This document shows, piece by piece, positions 12,425 to 23,340 of a stretch of 34,979 nucleotides of DNA. Every line of letters begins with the position of its first letter. Position 1 is the first letter of the stretch. Under the pieces are notes generated by a model that was not told the DNA's origin, searched no databases, and saw nothing but the letters and a program-made list of their open reading frames with translations. The DNA comes from Octopus bimaculoides (Eukaryota), in contig NC_068986.1 in NCBI RefSeq assembly GCF_001194135.2, positions 80,769,295 through 80,804,273 on the forward strand. The letters are read 5' to 3'. A program made the translations under genes and the position numbers.

Positions 12425-12667
12425 GGCCAATGCCAATACTGCCTGACTGGCACCCATGCCAGTGGCACATAAAAAGTGCCATTTGAGTGTGATCATTGCT
12501 AGTGCCGCCTGACTGGCTCCTGTGTCGGTGGCACGTAAAAAGCACCATTCAAATGTGGTCATTGCCAGTGCCGCCTGCCCGGCTCCCGTGCTGGTGGCAT
12601 GTAAAAAGCACCATTCAAATGTGGTCATTGCCAGTGCCGCCTGCCCGGCTCCCGTGCTGGTGGCATG
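12425..12667. repeat. 66-bp GC-rich minisatellite running into an N gap
   Basis: Units start at 12470, 12536 and 12602 (taaaaagcaccattcaaatgtggtcattgccagtgccgcctgcccggctcccgtgctggtggcatg). Confidence 0.9.
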
Positions 12668-15474
12668 NNNNNNNNNNNNNNNNNNNNNNNNNNNNNNNNN
12701 NNNNNNNNNNNNNNNNNNNNNNNNNNNNNNNNNNNNNNNNNNNNNNNNNNNNNNNNNNNNNNNNNNNNNNNNNNNNNNNNNNNNNNNNNNNNNNNNNNNN
12801 NNNNNNNNNNNNNNNNNNNNNNNNNNNNNNNNNNNNNNNNNNNNNNNNNNNNNNNNNNNNNNNNNNNNNNNNNNNNNNNNNNNNNNNNNNNNNNNNNNNN
12901 NNNNNNNNNNNNNNNNNNNNNNNNNNNNNNNNNNNNNNNNNNNNNNNNNNNNNNNNNNNNNNNNNNNNNNNNNNNNNNNNNNNNNNNNNNNNNNNNNNNN
13001 NNNNNNNNNNNNNNNNNNNNNNNNNNNNNNNNNNNNNNNNNNNNNNNNNNNNNNNNNNNNNNNNNNNNNNNNNNNNNNNNNNNNNNNNNNNNNNNNNNNN
13101 NNNNNNNNNNNNNNNNNNNNNNNNNNNNNNNNNNNNNNNNNNNNNNNNNNNNNNNNNNNNNNNNNNNNNNNNNNNNNNNNNNNNNNNNNNNNNNNNNNNN
13201 NNNNNNNNNNNNNNNNNNNNNNNNNNNNNNNNNNNNNNNNNNNNNNNNNNNNNNNNNNNNNNNNNNNNNNNNNNNNNNNNNNNNNNNNNNNNNNNNNNNN
13301 NNNNNNNNNNNNNNNNNNNNNNNNNNNNNNNNNNNNNNNNNNNNNNNNNNNNNNNNNNNNNNNNNNNNNNNNNNNNNNNNNNNNNNNNNNNNNNNNNNNN
13401 NNNNNNNNNNNNNNNNNNNNNNNNNNNNNNNNNNNNNNNNNNNNNNNNNNNNNNNNNNNNNNNNNNNNNNNNNNNNNNNNNNNNNNNNNNNNNNNNNNNN
13501 NNNNNNNNNNNNNNNNNNNNNNNNNNNNNNNNNNNNNNNNNNNNNNNNNNNNNNNNNNNNNNNNNNNNNTTATCGGTAAAACCATTTATAATCATAAATA
13601 TACAGGGATTAGCATGAGTTGCTTCTCCAACATACTGAAAATTTAGAAATAGCAGTCAAAGAACTACTGATTCCAAACTACAAATTTTTTTCTCTAACGG
13701 ATGGCGATATTTATGGCACACACAGAACAAAAAACAGAAGAGAAAAGCAAAAACAAATCTGCCTTTAGTTAATTGAGTACGATGTTTCATGGTTAAGAGT
13801 ATGAAGGTACTCTATTCCGATCTTCAGCCCAATATTCGAATAAATTTGAAAGTGTCTATATAACTCATGGGAATTTTGACCATGCGACATCAAAAACACA
13901 TGAGGAAGGCACTTACAAAATTTATTGGCTAGTACGTTCAAATACTTCACTCCAAAGAATCTATTCCATGTGCGCCGCAAATAGTCCCGCATAAAAAGTC
14001 CCGTATAAAAGGGTTACAGTTTAACCATCCAATTAGAGGCATCAATATAAATATACAGATATAGGGCAGGGAATCGTCAATTAGTAATAAAATTAATAAC
14101 TAACAATTTTGCCAAGTAGTTCAGTATANNNNNNNNNNNNNNNNNNNNNNNNNNNNNNNNNNNNNNNNNNNNNNNNNNNNNNNNNNNNNNNNNNNNNNNN
14201 NNNNNNNNNNNNNNNNNNNNNNNNNNNNNNNNNNNNNNNNNNNNNNNNNNNNNNNNNNNNNNNNNNNNNNNNNNNNNNNNNNNNNNNNNNNNNNNNNNNN
14301 NNNNNNNNNNNNNNNNNNNNNNNNNNNNNNNNNNNNNNNNNNNNNNNNNNNNNNNNNNNNNNNNNNNNNNNNNNNNNNNNNNNNNNNNNNNNNNNNNNNN
14401 NNNNNNNNNNNNNNNNNNNNNNNNNNNNNNNNNNNNNNNNNNNNNNNNNNNNNNNNNNNNNNNNNNNNNNNNNNNNNNNNNNNNNNNNNNNNNNNNNNNN
14501 NNNNNNNNNNNNNNNNNNNNNNNNNNNNNNNNNNNNNNNNNNNNNNNNNNNNNNNNNNNNNNNNNNNNNNNNNNNNNNNNNNNNNNNNNNNNNNNNNNNN
14601 NNNNNNNNNNNNNNNNNNNNNNNNNNNNNNNNNNNNNNNNNNNNNNNNNNNNNNNNNNNNNNNNNNNNNNNNNNNNNNNNNNNNNNNNNNNNNNNNNNNN
14701 NNNNNNNNNNNNNNNNNNNNNNNNNNNNNNNNNNNNNNNNNNNNNNNNNNNNNNNNNNNNNNNNNNNNNNNNNNNNNNNNNNNNNNNNNNNNNNNNNNNN
14801 NNNNNNNNNNNNNNNNNNNNNNNNNNNNNNNNNNNNNNNNNNNNNNNNNNNNNNNNNNNNNNNNNNNNNNNNNNNNNNNNNNNNNNNNNNNNNNNNNNNN
14901 NNNNNNNNNNNNNNNNNNNNNNNNNNNNNNNNNNNNNNNNNNNNNNNNNNNNNNNNNNNNNNNNNNNNNNNNNNNNNNNNNNNNNNNNNNNNNNNNNNNN
15001 NNNNNNNNNNNNNNNNNNNNNNNNNNNNNNNNNNNNNNNNNNNNNNNNNNNNNNNNNNNNNNNNNNNNNNNNNNNNNNNNNNNTATGTATGTATGTGCAT
15101 GTATATATATATATATATATATAAAGTAAAAGATGGCAATAGGAAAAGCATCAAGCCATAGAAACCAAACTGAAATGGCCTTTAAGTAAGACATGGTCTC
15201 TGATCCTTTTAGGAGGGTAGTATTTCCAAATAAGAACTAACTCATTCATGAGTATCTATCAAACCTCTATCTAGTAAAGTAGGAATAAAATATGGGAAAT
15301 GCTGGTGATATATATTGCTTGAAGAATCATACTTAGTAATGGTGTCATAGTAATAATTGTGTGACTCATCAGCTTCAAATGAATATATGAACTTTATTAT
15401 ATACATTGAATACTCGTTCTCTTTTTGTATATCTAAACATCTTGTCCATATCGTTGTCCACAGCTGAACTGAAC

Positions 15475-15609
15475 ATGGGTAATGAAGAGATATTATATGA
15501 AGAAAGCTGTAATAAATTGTTCGTCAAATTACCAGACAGATGGGAAATTGTATGGAAAGTAACCAACTTGGTTATGGCAGTTTTCTTCTTCTTGGCTGCT
15601 TTTGTTAAT
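15475..15609 (+). CDS. TMEM220: TMEM220-like protein, coding exon 1 (MGNEEILYEESCNKLFVKLPDRWEIVWKVTNLVMAVFFFLAAFVN)
   Basis: Acceptor ttgtccacag ends at 15463, in-frame ATG at 15475, donor AAT|gtaagt at 15610. VWKVTNLVMAVFFFLAAFVN resembles the vertebrate TMEM220 N-terminus as I recall it ([20 protein letters not shown]). The true start could lie in an upstream exon. Confidence 0.88.
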
Positions 15610-16030
15610 GTAAGTATTCAGTGTGTTTGTGGAATGGTGTTGTAGTAATAATGTTGTTAGTGTTATTTTTGTTGTTTAACACCAGGTCAGCCCTGATCAA
15701 GTAGAGCTATGATCAGAGTTATTGTACAAGCTATGGTCAGAGTCAGGACAATATTTCCCTGTGTGTCCTTTTCTTTAAGAAGATATGGTATGGTTTGATA
15801 GAAAGATTTGGCTGTTATTTCTGCATAGAAGTTCATACATTGGTCAGTGGTGGTGGTGGTGGCTGTAGTGTTTTCGGGAATGATATGTTTTGGCATGGCA
15901 TAGTAACATTTCAGTGGTGGTGGAGTGTATTGGAGTCTGGTGGTGGTGAAAGTAGTGGTTGTAGTGTTTGGGGGNNNNNNNNNNGGGGGGGGGGGCGGTG
16001 TAGTGGTATGTTGTGGCTTGGACTAGTAAA

Positions 16031-16348
16031 ATACACCTGTTTACACCAGCACACACACACACACGCACACACACACGCACACACACACACAGGTACACAA
16101 AAATATAATATTAGTGTCAACAGCGATGAGAATAGTCAGAATGGCAGGTAACAGGTAGACAGGCTGTGAATAGAGATAAAAGACATTGATATGATTGATG
16201 AACTCTCCTGTCTTTATTGCTACAGAAATACAATCCTTCTGGGCCAATTAGCTTAGAGAATAATCAAGTATTTGGAAGATTTTAGTGAAATAATTAACAT
16301 TTTCATGATTAACCTGGTCTTTGGAACATGACTTAAGCAAAGGTTCAG
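16031..16348 (-). pseudogene. Inverted duplicate of TMEM220 intron 2 end, exon 3 and intron 3 start (copy of 19285-19630)
   Basis: The reverse complement aligns to 19285-19630. The 58 exon nt at 16106-16163 are identical to 19472-19529. The intronic part has 7 substitutions plus a 2-nt indel over ~187 nt. A 36-nt deletion (19530-19565 equivalent) removes the donor. Confidence 0.93.
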
Positions 16349-16459
16349 TATTGGTCTGGAATTTGACAGTGTTGACAGGCCAGAACTTGGGTTGAGTCCT
16401 TCTCTGGAAATACTCTACCCTTATACCCTACCAGGATCAAAGATATATACATATATATA

Positions 16460-16934
16460 CACAGGAGTTGGGCAAAATAATGGAAACACCTGGCATCATA
16501 GCATCATAATTTTGAAATATCTATAAAACTGTCAAAAGCTTGTTTATTTTTATGTTTTTTGATTTAGTATTAGTGTTGCTTAATGTTTTGCTAAAATTGC
16601 TGTTTCTTTTCAGATATCATCAGCAAAGGTAATTAAAATTCATTAAAATGACAGATCTAAGGGACTTTCAAAGAGGTCAAATTGTTGGTGCTCTTATGGC
16701 AGGCGCTAGTGTAACAAAAACAGCCGAAATGTTTAGTGTATCAAGAAGTATTGTCTTGAAAGTAACGACAACCTTTGAGAAAGAGGGAAAAACCTCCTCG
16801 TTGAAACAAAACTCCGGAAGAGAACCAAAACTTTTTGATAGGAACCGTCAGACTCTTACACGAATTATTAGAAAGGATCACAAAAGTACAGCTCCCAAAA
16901 TTACTGCAGAGCTTAATGACCACCTTGAGAACCC
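16460..16934 (+). mobile_element. Tc1-family transposon, 5' half (left TIR + HTH domain, truncated)
   Basis: TA|cacaggagttgggcaaaataatggaaacacc TIR. ORF from 16648, MTDLRDFQRGQIVGALMAGASVTKTAEMFSVSRS...SGREPKL, is a Tc1 paired-like HTH. Homology stops at LNDHLENP. Confidence 0.88.
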
Positions 16935-17470
16935 GGAGATAAAAGGACTGTCATGGACACATGTTTCTGGCTCAATAACAGATTCTCTTATTTCAAGGAT
17001 TCTGTGAAAACATGTCTGGTCCTGGGGAAATATGACCTTGCTTGGCAACAAGCCAGGCATCAAACCATAGAAAATCTACCTTAATAAATTATATCTAACC
17101 CTTGCAAGCATAGAAAAATGGAAGATAAATAATGATGATGTACTTTATTCATTCCAGTTTCATCAGTTAATCCAGTGATATCTTTTAACCAAACATCCTT
17201 TAATCCATTGCATTATTTTATCCAGAGATACTCTCTTATCCAATAACATCTATCCAATATCCAGTATATCTCTTGATCTAATAATACATATTGGATGATA
17301 TCCTTTGATCTCACAACAATATCATGTAATGCTATAAAATGTTCTCTGTTTTCTTAATATTAATCTTACAATGAGTAATCTACTATTGATCTCACTCTTT
17401 AAATGTTTTTAGTCTTATCACTCTTTATGCAGTATTATTAATTAATCTCATTCTATATCATTTCTTATAG

Positions 17471-17500
17471 CACAATGACAGTGATTGGTACATCTGGATT
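17471..17500 (+). CDS. TMEM220: TMEM220-like exon 2, 30-nt micro-exon (HNDSDWYIWI)
   Basis: tttcttatag|CACAAT...TGGATT|gtaagt, phase 0-0. Matches the family VNDPD..W motif. Confidence 0.88.
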
Positions 17501-18651
17501 GTAAGTAGGATTTATTTTAATCTCAATCTCCATCTCTGATAATCATCTCTCTGTATTATGAATATGACTTAATCATTTCTCTTTTTAACCCTTCTTAAGT
17601 AAAACATAACCCCTTATTCTTCTGACCCCTTCGTAATTCATTGAAAACAAAGTTTAGCAAAGTTTCAACATTGGTGTTTCATGTTTGTGAGATACAAAAC
17701 TATTCAGTGAGTTGTTTAAAATTATAGAAAACAATGTGCGAATCTCAATATACAAAGGAAAGCACACGCACACATATGTATGTACATACGTACATACATA
17801 CATACATACATACATACACACATACGTACGTACGTACGTACATACATATTACTTGTGTGTATGTATATTAGATAATTAATGAAATAAATTACTCTGATTT
17901 AATCTTTACTTTAATCATTAACACTCAATCCCTGTTAACCCTAATGTCTTATCAATCCTTAGTCACAATGTATTAAAACCAGTAGCTCAGTCATATATCT
18001 TCAATAATCACTGACTAAAACCTCATTAATCACTGACTAAAAGTTCCTTAATCACTTAGCACAAATTAAAGATTCTTTAATCACTATTTGTTAATCTACT
18101 TTAAACATTTGCATTAAATTTTCTCTAATCTCTCTAATTTAATCTTCCTAATTACTTTCTCTTAATCTTTTTAATCTGTATTACCTAAACTTTCTTAATC
18201 TCACTTTATTCTATGTAATTGGAAGATGTTTGAGTTACAGAAATAGTAACACACCAGATCAAATATTGTAGAGTGTTTGATTTCAATGCTCTGAATTCTG
18301 AGTTCAAATCCTATTAAAATCCATTGTTTCCACAACCCCTCTGGGGTCAACAGAATAGATCCTAGTCATACACAGTGACCTGTACAAGCAACTGTATATC
18401 TCACATATCTTGACTTTGTGTCAGTATTCTCTAAAAAATTTGGTTTCAGTTCTTCTTCATTAATCTTCTCATATCCCTGTGTGAGTTTATGCTCATCATA
18501 TAATTTCTATTCTGCCTACTCTGTTGGAATGACTACCAGTCCAGTTACTGGTGCAGCCATACCTCCCACAAATGGTCACATCTTAGTTGTTCTGCTGGAT
18601 CAAGGACTGTAGTTCTGTCTACTAATGACTACATGGTACCTAAAACTATTA

Positions 18652-18878
18652 GCGAGCTGGCAGAAACGTTAGCACGCCGGGCGAAATGCTTGGCGGTATT
18701 TCATCTGCTGTTACGTTCTGAGTTCAAATTCCGCTGAGGTCGACTTTGCCTTTCATCCTTTCGGGGTCGATAAATTAAGTACCAGTTATGCACTGGGGTC
18801 GATGTAATCGACTTAATTCCTTTGTCTGTCCTTGTTTGTTCCCTCTATGTTTAGCCCCTTGTGAGCAATAAAGAAATA
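18652..18878 (+). mobile_element. tRNA-derived SINE family C (Meta-domain-like), well preserved
   Basis: A-box TGGCAGAAACG, B-box GAGTTCAAATT, central gactttgcctttcatcctttcggggtcgataaattaagtacc, A-rich tail. Confidence 0.8.
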
Positions 18879-18959
18879 TAAAACAATTAGCAAAAGCATG
18901 GTATATTACAAAGTCAATCCTCAATTCTATGTGATGACTATTATATAATTTCTAACTCA

Positions 18960-19165
18960 AGCACAAAGTGACAGGTTTTGGATGACAGCTGTAGTTGACT
19001 AAATTGTCTCCAGGATCAGACTGGTACTTATTTTATTAATCTTAGTAGGATGAAAGGCAAAGTTGACAGCTGAAGGAAATTGAGTACCAACTCTGGAGGG
19101 ATGTAACTAAATACTGAAAAACATTTAGTCTAACTCACACTGGTTCTATCAATCAGTGACTTCAT
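18960..19165 (-). mobile_element. SINE family C, degenerate, inverted next to the 18652 copy
   Basis: ctggtacttattttatt...aggatgaaaggcaaagttgac. Confidence 0.65.
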
Positions 19166-19471
19166 TAATAGGACTGGGTTAATTCTTTTAATACCAAGTA
19201 TTCCAAGATAGACTTTGCTTCTATTATATATAACTATCAATATCAAAATGTTTGTATTTAAATCAAAATATTATAATTTTAACTCTGAACCTTTGCTTAA
19301 GTCATGTTCCAAAGACCAGGTTAATTATAAAAATGTTAATTATTTCACTAAAATCTTCCAAATACTTTATTATTCTCTAAACTAATTGGCCCAGAAGGAT
19401 TGTATTTCTGTAGCAGTAAAGACACAGGAGAGTTCATCTATCATATCAATGTCTTTTATCTCTGTTCACAG

Positions 19472-19532
19472 CCTGTCTACCTGTTACCTGCCATTCTGAC
19501 TATTCTCATCGCTGTTGACACTAATATTACGG
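19472..19532 (+). CDS. TMEM220: TMEM220-like exon 3, 61 nt (PVYLLPAILTILIAVDTNIT + G)
   Basis: tctgttcacag|CCTGTC...ACGG|gtttgt, phase 0-1. Resembles [20 protein letters not shown]. Confidence 0.88.
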
Positions 19533-19580
19533 GTTTGTAGATATATATACACACATATATATATATATTTTTGTGTACCT

Positions 19581-19611
<31 letters not shown>

Positions 19612-19839
19612 ATGGTTTGAACAGGTGTATAGCATTATATCTATTTATGTGAAAAAATGACTTAACTGTTTCGTAAACAGATATTGATAAAATAAATACA
19701 ATTTGGATTGATATGTTTGACTAAACCCTTGAAGGTAGTACCCAGCATGGCCAGAGTCAATGACTGAGACCATTAAAAAAGTAAAGAAAGAAAGAATATA
19801 ACATTAGTGTGCAACTGTTTTATTATTATTATAGAACTA

Positions 19840-21440
19840 TTTATATGATACTATACAACTGTCATTATATTACAATACAACCATTACAGTTGCTCTATAG
19901 TCTATGCTATTGAAACAAGTACTATATCACCATACCACTTATAGTACTATTGTTCTATTGCTTTAGAGGCAAGGACTATTATCACAGTATCATTACAACA
20001 TTCCTTTTCTATTGCTTCAGAAACAAGAAATATATCACTGTATTACTATTGGGTTGGCAAGAAAGTGATTTTGTTCTTCACAAATAGATAGAGTTACAAT
20101 TTTTTTTTAACGACTTTTGTCAATGTTATGATATTTCCCTTTTGACATTTGATAGTTGTTACTTTTAGTTTACTTTAGAAGCAAATTGCGCATAATTTTT
20201 TTGTCTACAGCTGATAGTTCAATGTCAATTTTAACATGGAGTGCAAAAACAAACATTTTCGCCATAGTTTGCTTTTTTTATTTCTGTAAAGGCAAGAAAG
20301 CTGCTGAGGCTCACAAAGAGATGTGTGAAGTTTATGATGTTGATTGCTTAACAGAATGCACATGTCAGAAATGGTTTGAAAAATTCTGTTCTGGAGATTT
20401 TTCACTCAAAGATGACTAACGTTCTGGTCAACCTACTGAAGTTGATGATGACCGAATCAAAGCCATAATTGAATCTGATTGTCATATAACTGTGTGAAAG
20501 ATTGCAGAGAGGTTAAATGTATTATACACAACAATTTAAAATCACTTAAAATGTCTTGGACTTGTTAAGAAGCTTGATATTTGGGTTCCACATAAATTGA
20601 AAGAGATTCACTTAACACAAGGAATCAATGTTTGTGTTATGCTTCTCAAACGCAATGAAATCGACCTTTTTTTGAAATGAATCATCACTGGTGATGAAAA
20701 ATGGATTGTCTATAATAACATCAATTGAAAACGATCGTGCTCCAAGCATAATGAACCAGCACAAACCACATTGAAAGCTTAAATGCAAAAAATAACAGCA
20801 AGTCATGCTGTCAATTTGGTGGGATTACAAAGGTGATGTGTATTTTGAGCTGCTTCCAAAGAACCAAATGATAAATTCAGATGTTTACTAACAACAACTA
20901 ATGAAACTAGAGGAAGCAATCAACAACCAGAATTGGCAAATTGTAAAGAAATCGTGTTTCATCATGACAATGCTAGACCACAACATGCCTTTGCTAATTC
21001 ATAAAAAAATATCGGAGCTTGGTTGGGAAGTGATGTCACATCCACCATATAGCCCAGACCTTGCACCATCAGATTATCATTTATTTCGAAGTTTGAAAAA
21101 TTCTTTGAATGGTGAAACTTTCAATAACGATGATGACTTGAAATCGCATTTGCTTTAGCTTTTGGCTGATAAGGACCAGAAGGTCTCTGAACACGGAATC
21201 GTGAAGTTGCCAAAAGGATGGCAAAAGGTCATTGAATAAAATGGAAAATATATAATTGATTAAAGCTCATTCTTTGTATGAAAAAAGAAAATGGCATTTT
21301 TTCACACTAAAAAACTGAAATTACTTTCTTGTCAACCGAATATATTACTACTATTCTATTACTATAGATGCAAGGACTATATCATTGTACCACTATAGTA
21401 CTGCTGTTCTATTGCTATAAAAACAAGTGCTATATTATTA
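19840..21440. repeat. Degenerate minisatellite (ctatatca...ttctattgct...caag) split by the mariner
   Basis: Same motifs at 19840-20048 and 21341-21440. Confidence 0.6.
20049..21340 (+). mobile_element. Full-length inactive mariner (DD34D, mellifera-like) in TMEM220 intron 3
   Basis: TA target duplication at 20047-48 and 21341-42. TIRs ttgggttggcaagaaagtgattt / aaattactttcttgtcaaccgaa. Transposase from ATG 20236 with WVPHKL, ITGDEKW, HDNA and YSPDLAPSDYHLF, carrying many stops and frameshifts. Confidence 0.95.
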
Positions 21441-21650
21441 AAATATTAGTAAACTGGTATATAATTGTATCCCCTCAATTATATGATATTCTTTCTATAA
21501 TAGATTTTTTTTTATGGAGTAATATTTAATGTAGCATTTGGTAAATTTCTCCCAAATTCTCACTGAACTAAGAATATTCCCAGACTGATAGCAAAGATAA
21601 CAATTGAGAAATGGTAGGCAGCAGTCTGAGTGTATTGTTTGTAATTGCAG

Positions 21651-21783
21651 AAAATAAATATTGGAAGAATTTGGCTTTGGTGCACCTGCTGATGTGTTGT
21701 GCTTTCTCTGTCTACCAACTTATCATCCTACATGAAGTCTACAATGATAAATTCTCCAACCCACTTCGAGTGGAGGAAGGACG
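21651..21783 (+). CDS. TMEM220: TMEM220-like exon 4 ((E)NKYWKNLALVHLLMCCAFSVYQLIILHEVYNDKFSNPLRVEEG(R))
   Basis: aattgcag|AAAATA...GGACG|gtgagt, phase 1-2. Ends in the family EEGRE motif. Confidence 0.92.
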
Positions 21784-21977
21784 GTGAGTATTTTCTGCTG
21801 TCACAACCGCTTTGCTAACAGAACCTTTCAGACCACCTCGTGATCTTCTGCATACATACACACATACATGCATACACACATTTGCATGCATACACATGCA
21901 CATACACACACATGTACACTTGTGTACACACAAACACACACGCATGCGCACAAACACACACACACGCGCGCACACAC

Positions 21978-22011
<34 letters not shown>

Positions 22012-22361
22012 NNNNNNNNNNNNNNNNNNNNNNNNNNNNNNNNNTAAAATTTTCTTCGCTGCCCTAGCTGAAATTTTCTCCTTGTTCCTGTGTCTCCTTG
22101 AAATTTTCTCCTCTCAAAACCCCCACACATGCATAAGCCATACATCCACCCTTGTACTAAACCATTGTTTAGTACAGCGATTGGTACTCCACTGCCACCC
22201 ACTCCACTCCACACCGATGCACCACTCATATCATATGCTCCCCTCCCTTCTTCATCTCATCACTATCAGAACTCCTAAGACAATATAAATTGAATACCAT
22301 CTAAACCATGAAGAACTCTTGAAGGTTATGTCACCCACTTATTCCATACTGTTAAATCATC

Positions 22362-22393
<32 letters not shown>

Positions 22394-22535
22394 TTAGCAT
22401 GTTTTCTATGCTGGCATGGGTCAGATGGTTTGACTGGAACTGATAAGCCAAGGAGCTTGGTTTCTACAGCTAGATGCCCTTCCTAATGCCAACCACTCTA
22501 CAGAGTGTAGTGGGTGCCTCTTATGTGTCACCGAC
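22362..22535 (-). mobile_element. RTE-type 3' tail copy
   Basis: (cat)n...ctatgctggcatggg...gatgcccttcctaatgccaaccactc. Confidence 0.75.
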
Positions 22536-22576
22536 ATGGGAGTGAAAGATCAACTCTGCCTCTGATTAAGTATAAC

Positions 22577-22720
22577 TGTGTTGTTATGTAGTTTGCTTCA
22601 CAGCCATAAGGTTTTGGCTTCTGTCACATTGTGCAGCATTTTGGGTAAGTGTCTTTATCGTAACCCTCAGGTTAGCCCAAACTTGGCAGTGAAATTGAGT
22701 AGATGGAAATTGTGGATCCC
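22577..22720 (+). mobile_element. Degenerate SINE family A 5' fragment
   Basis: gtagtttgcttcacagccat...ttgggtaagtgtctt...gagtagatggaaatt. Confidence 0.5.
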
Positions 22721-23340
22721 TGTCAAAATTACCATATCTGGTTTGAAAAATTTATGCCACCACTTGGCACCTGGTACTTTTTCATTTTGTAGAAAGTATT
22801 GAACAGTGTGCCTATTTCTTTCTTCCATTCCTCCAGTCTGGAAGACCTTAAAAAAAAACAACAAAAAAAACAATCAAAAAGTTTGGGGCCTTTCCATCAC
22901 TGACTGAATGATAAAAGATATCATTTTGTTGATAGACCCAAATTCCATGTAAACAGTGAGTGTAGAATCATATGCATACAGTGAAGTGCTGGCTATAGAT
23001 TTGAACTAAAGATCTGTGAACTAACAGTCCAATCTTAACTAGTTACACCCGATTTGATGATGTAGTGTTCATACTCCTACAAAGAGTATATGGGTTTAGG
23101 TCTGCTCACTCAGGGTTGACTTTAGGCAAAACAACGACAACAACAACAATGTTCAGAGGTGAGTTTCCTTGAACCTCTTCCACTTCACCCACCTTCCCCA
23201 CCCTTCACACCAAACTTGGTCATAATTTGAAACCTGGCCTATATCTTCTGGTCTCTTTTACCCACAGTCACATGTCTTCTATCTCACTACTTGACCTCTA
23301 ACTCACTTCCTCTCTCTTACTACTCTTACTCTTATTTAAA

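Noticed and set aside
12425-12667. Regularly spaced GC-rich repeats as a CRISPR array or as a repeat protein (HATSTGAGQAALAMTTFEWCFL)
   Set aside because: The units are contiguous with no unique spacers and the context is eukaryotic. The unit derives from an RTE-related repeat and has no start or splice support.
4447-15194. Long ORF-track entries spanning N gaps or (TA)n/(CA)n tracts
   Set aside because: They are open only because N and dinucleotide repeats contain no stops (YIYI, HTHT, CVCV, X runs).
18490-18520. Two in-frame TAG codons rescued to TGG by A-to-I editing to make a long antisense ORF
   Set aside because: There is no supporting duplex, homologue or splice structure; this is pure speculation.
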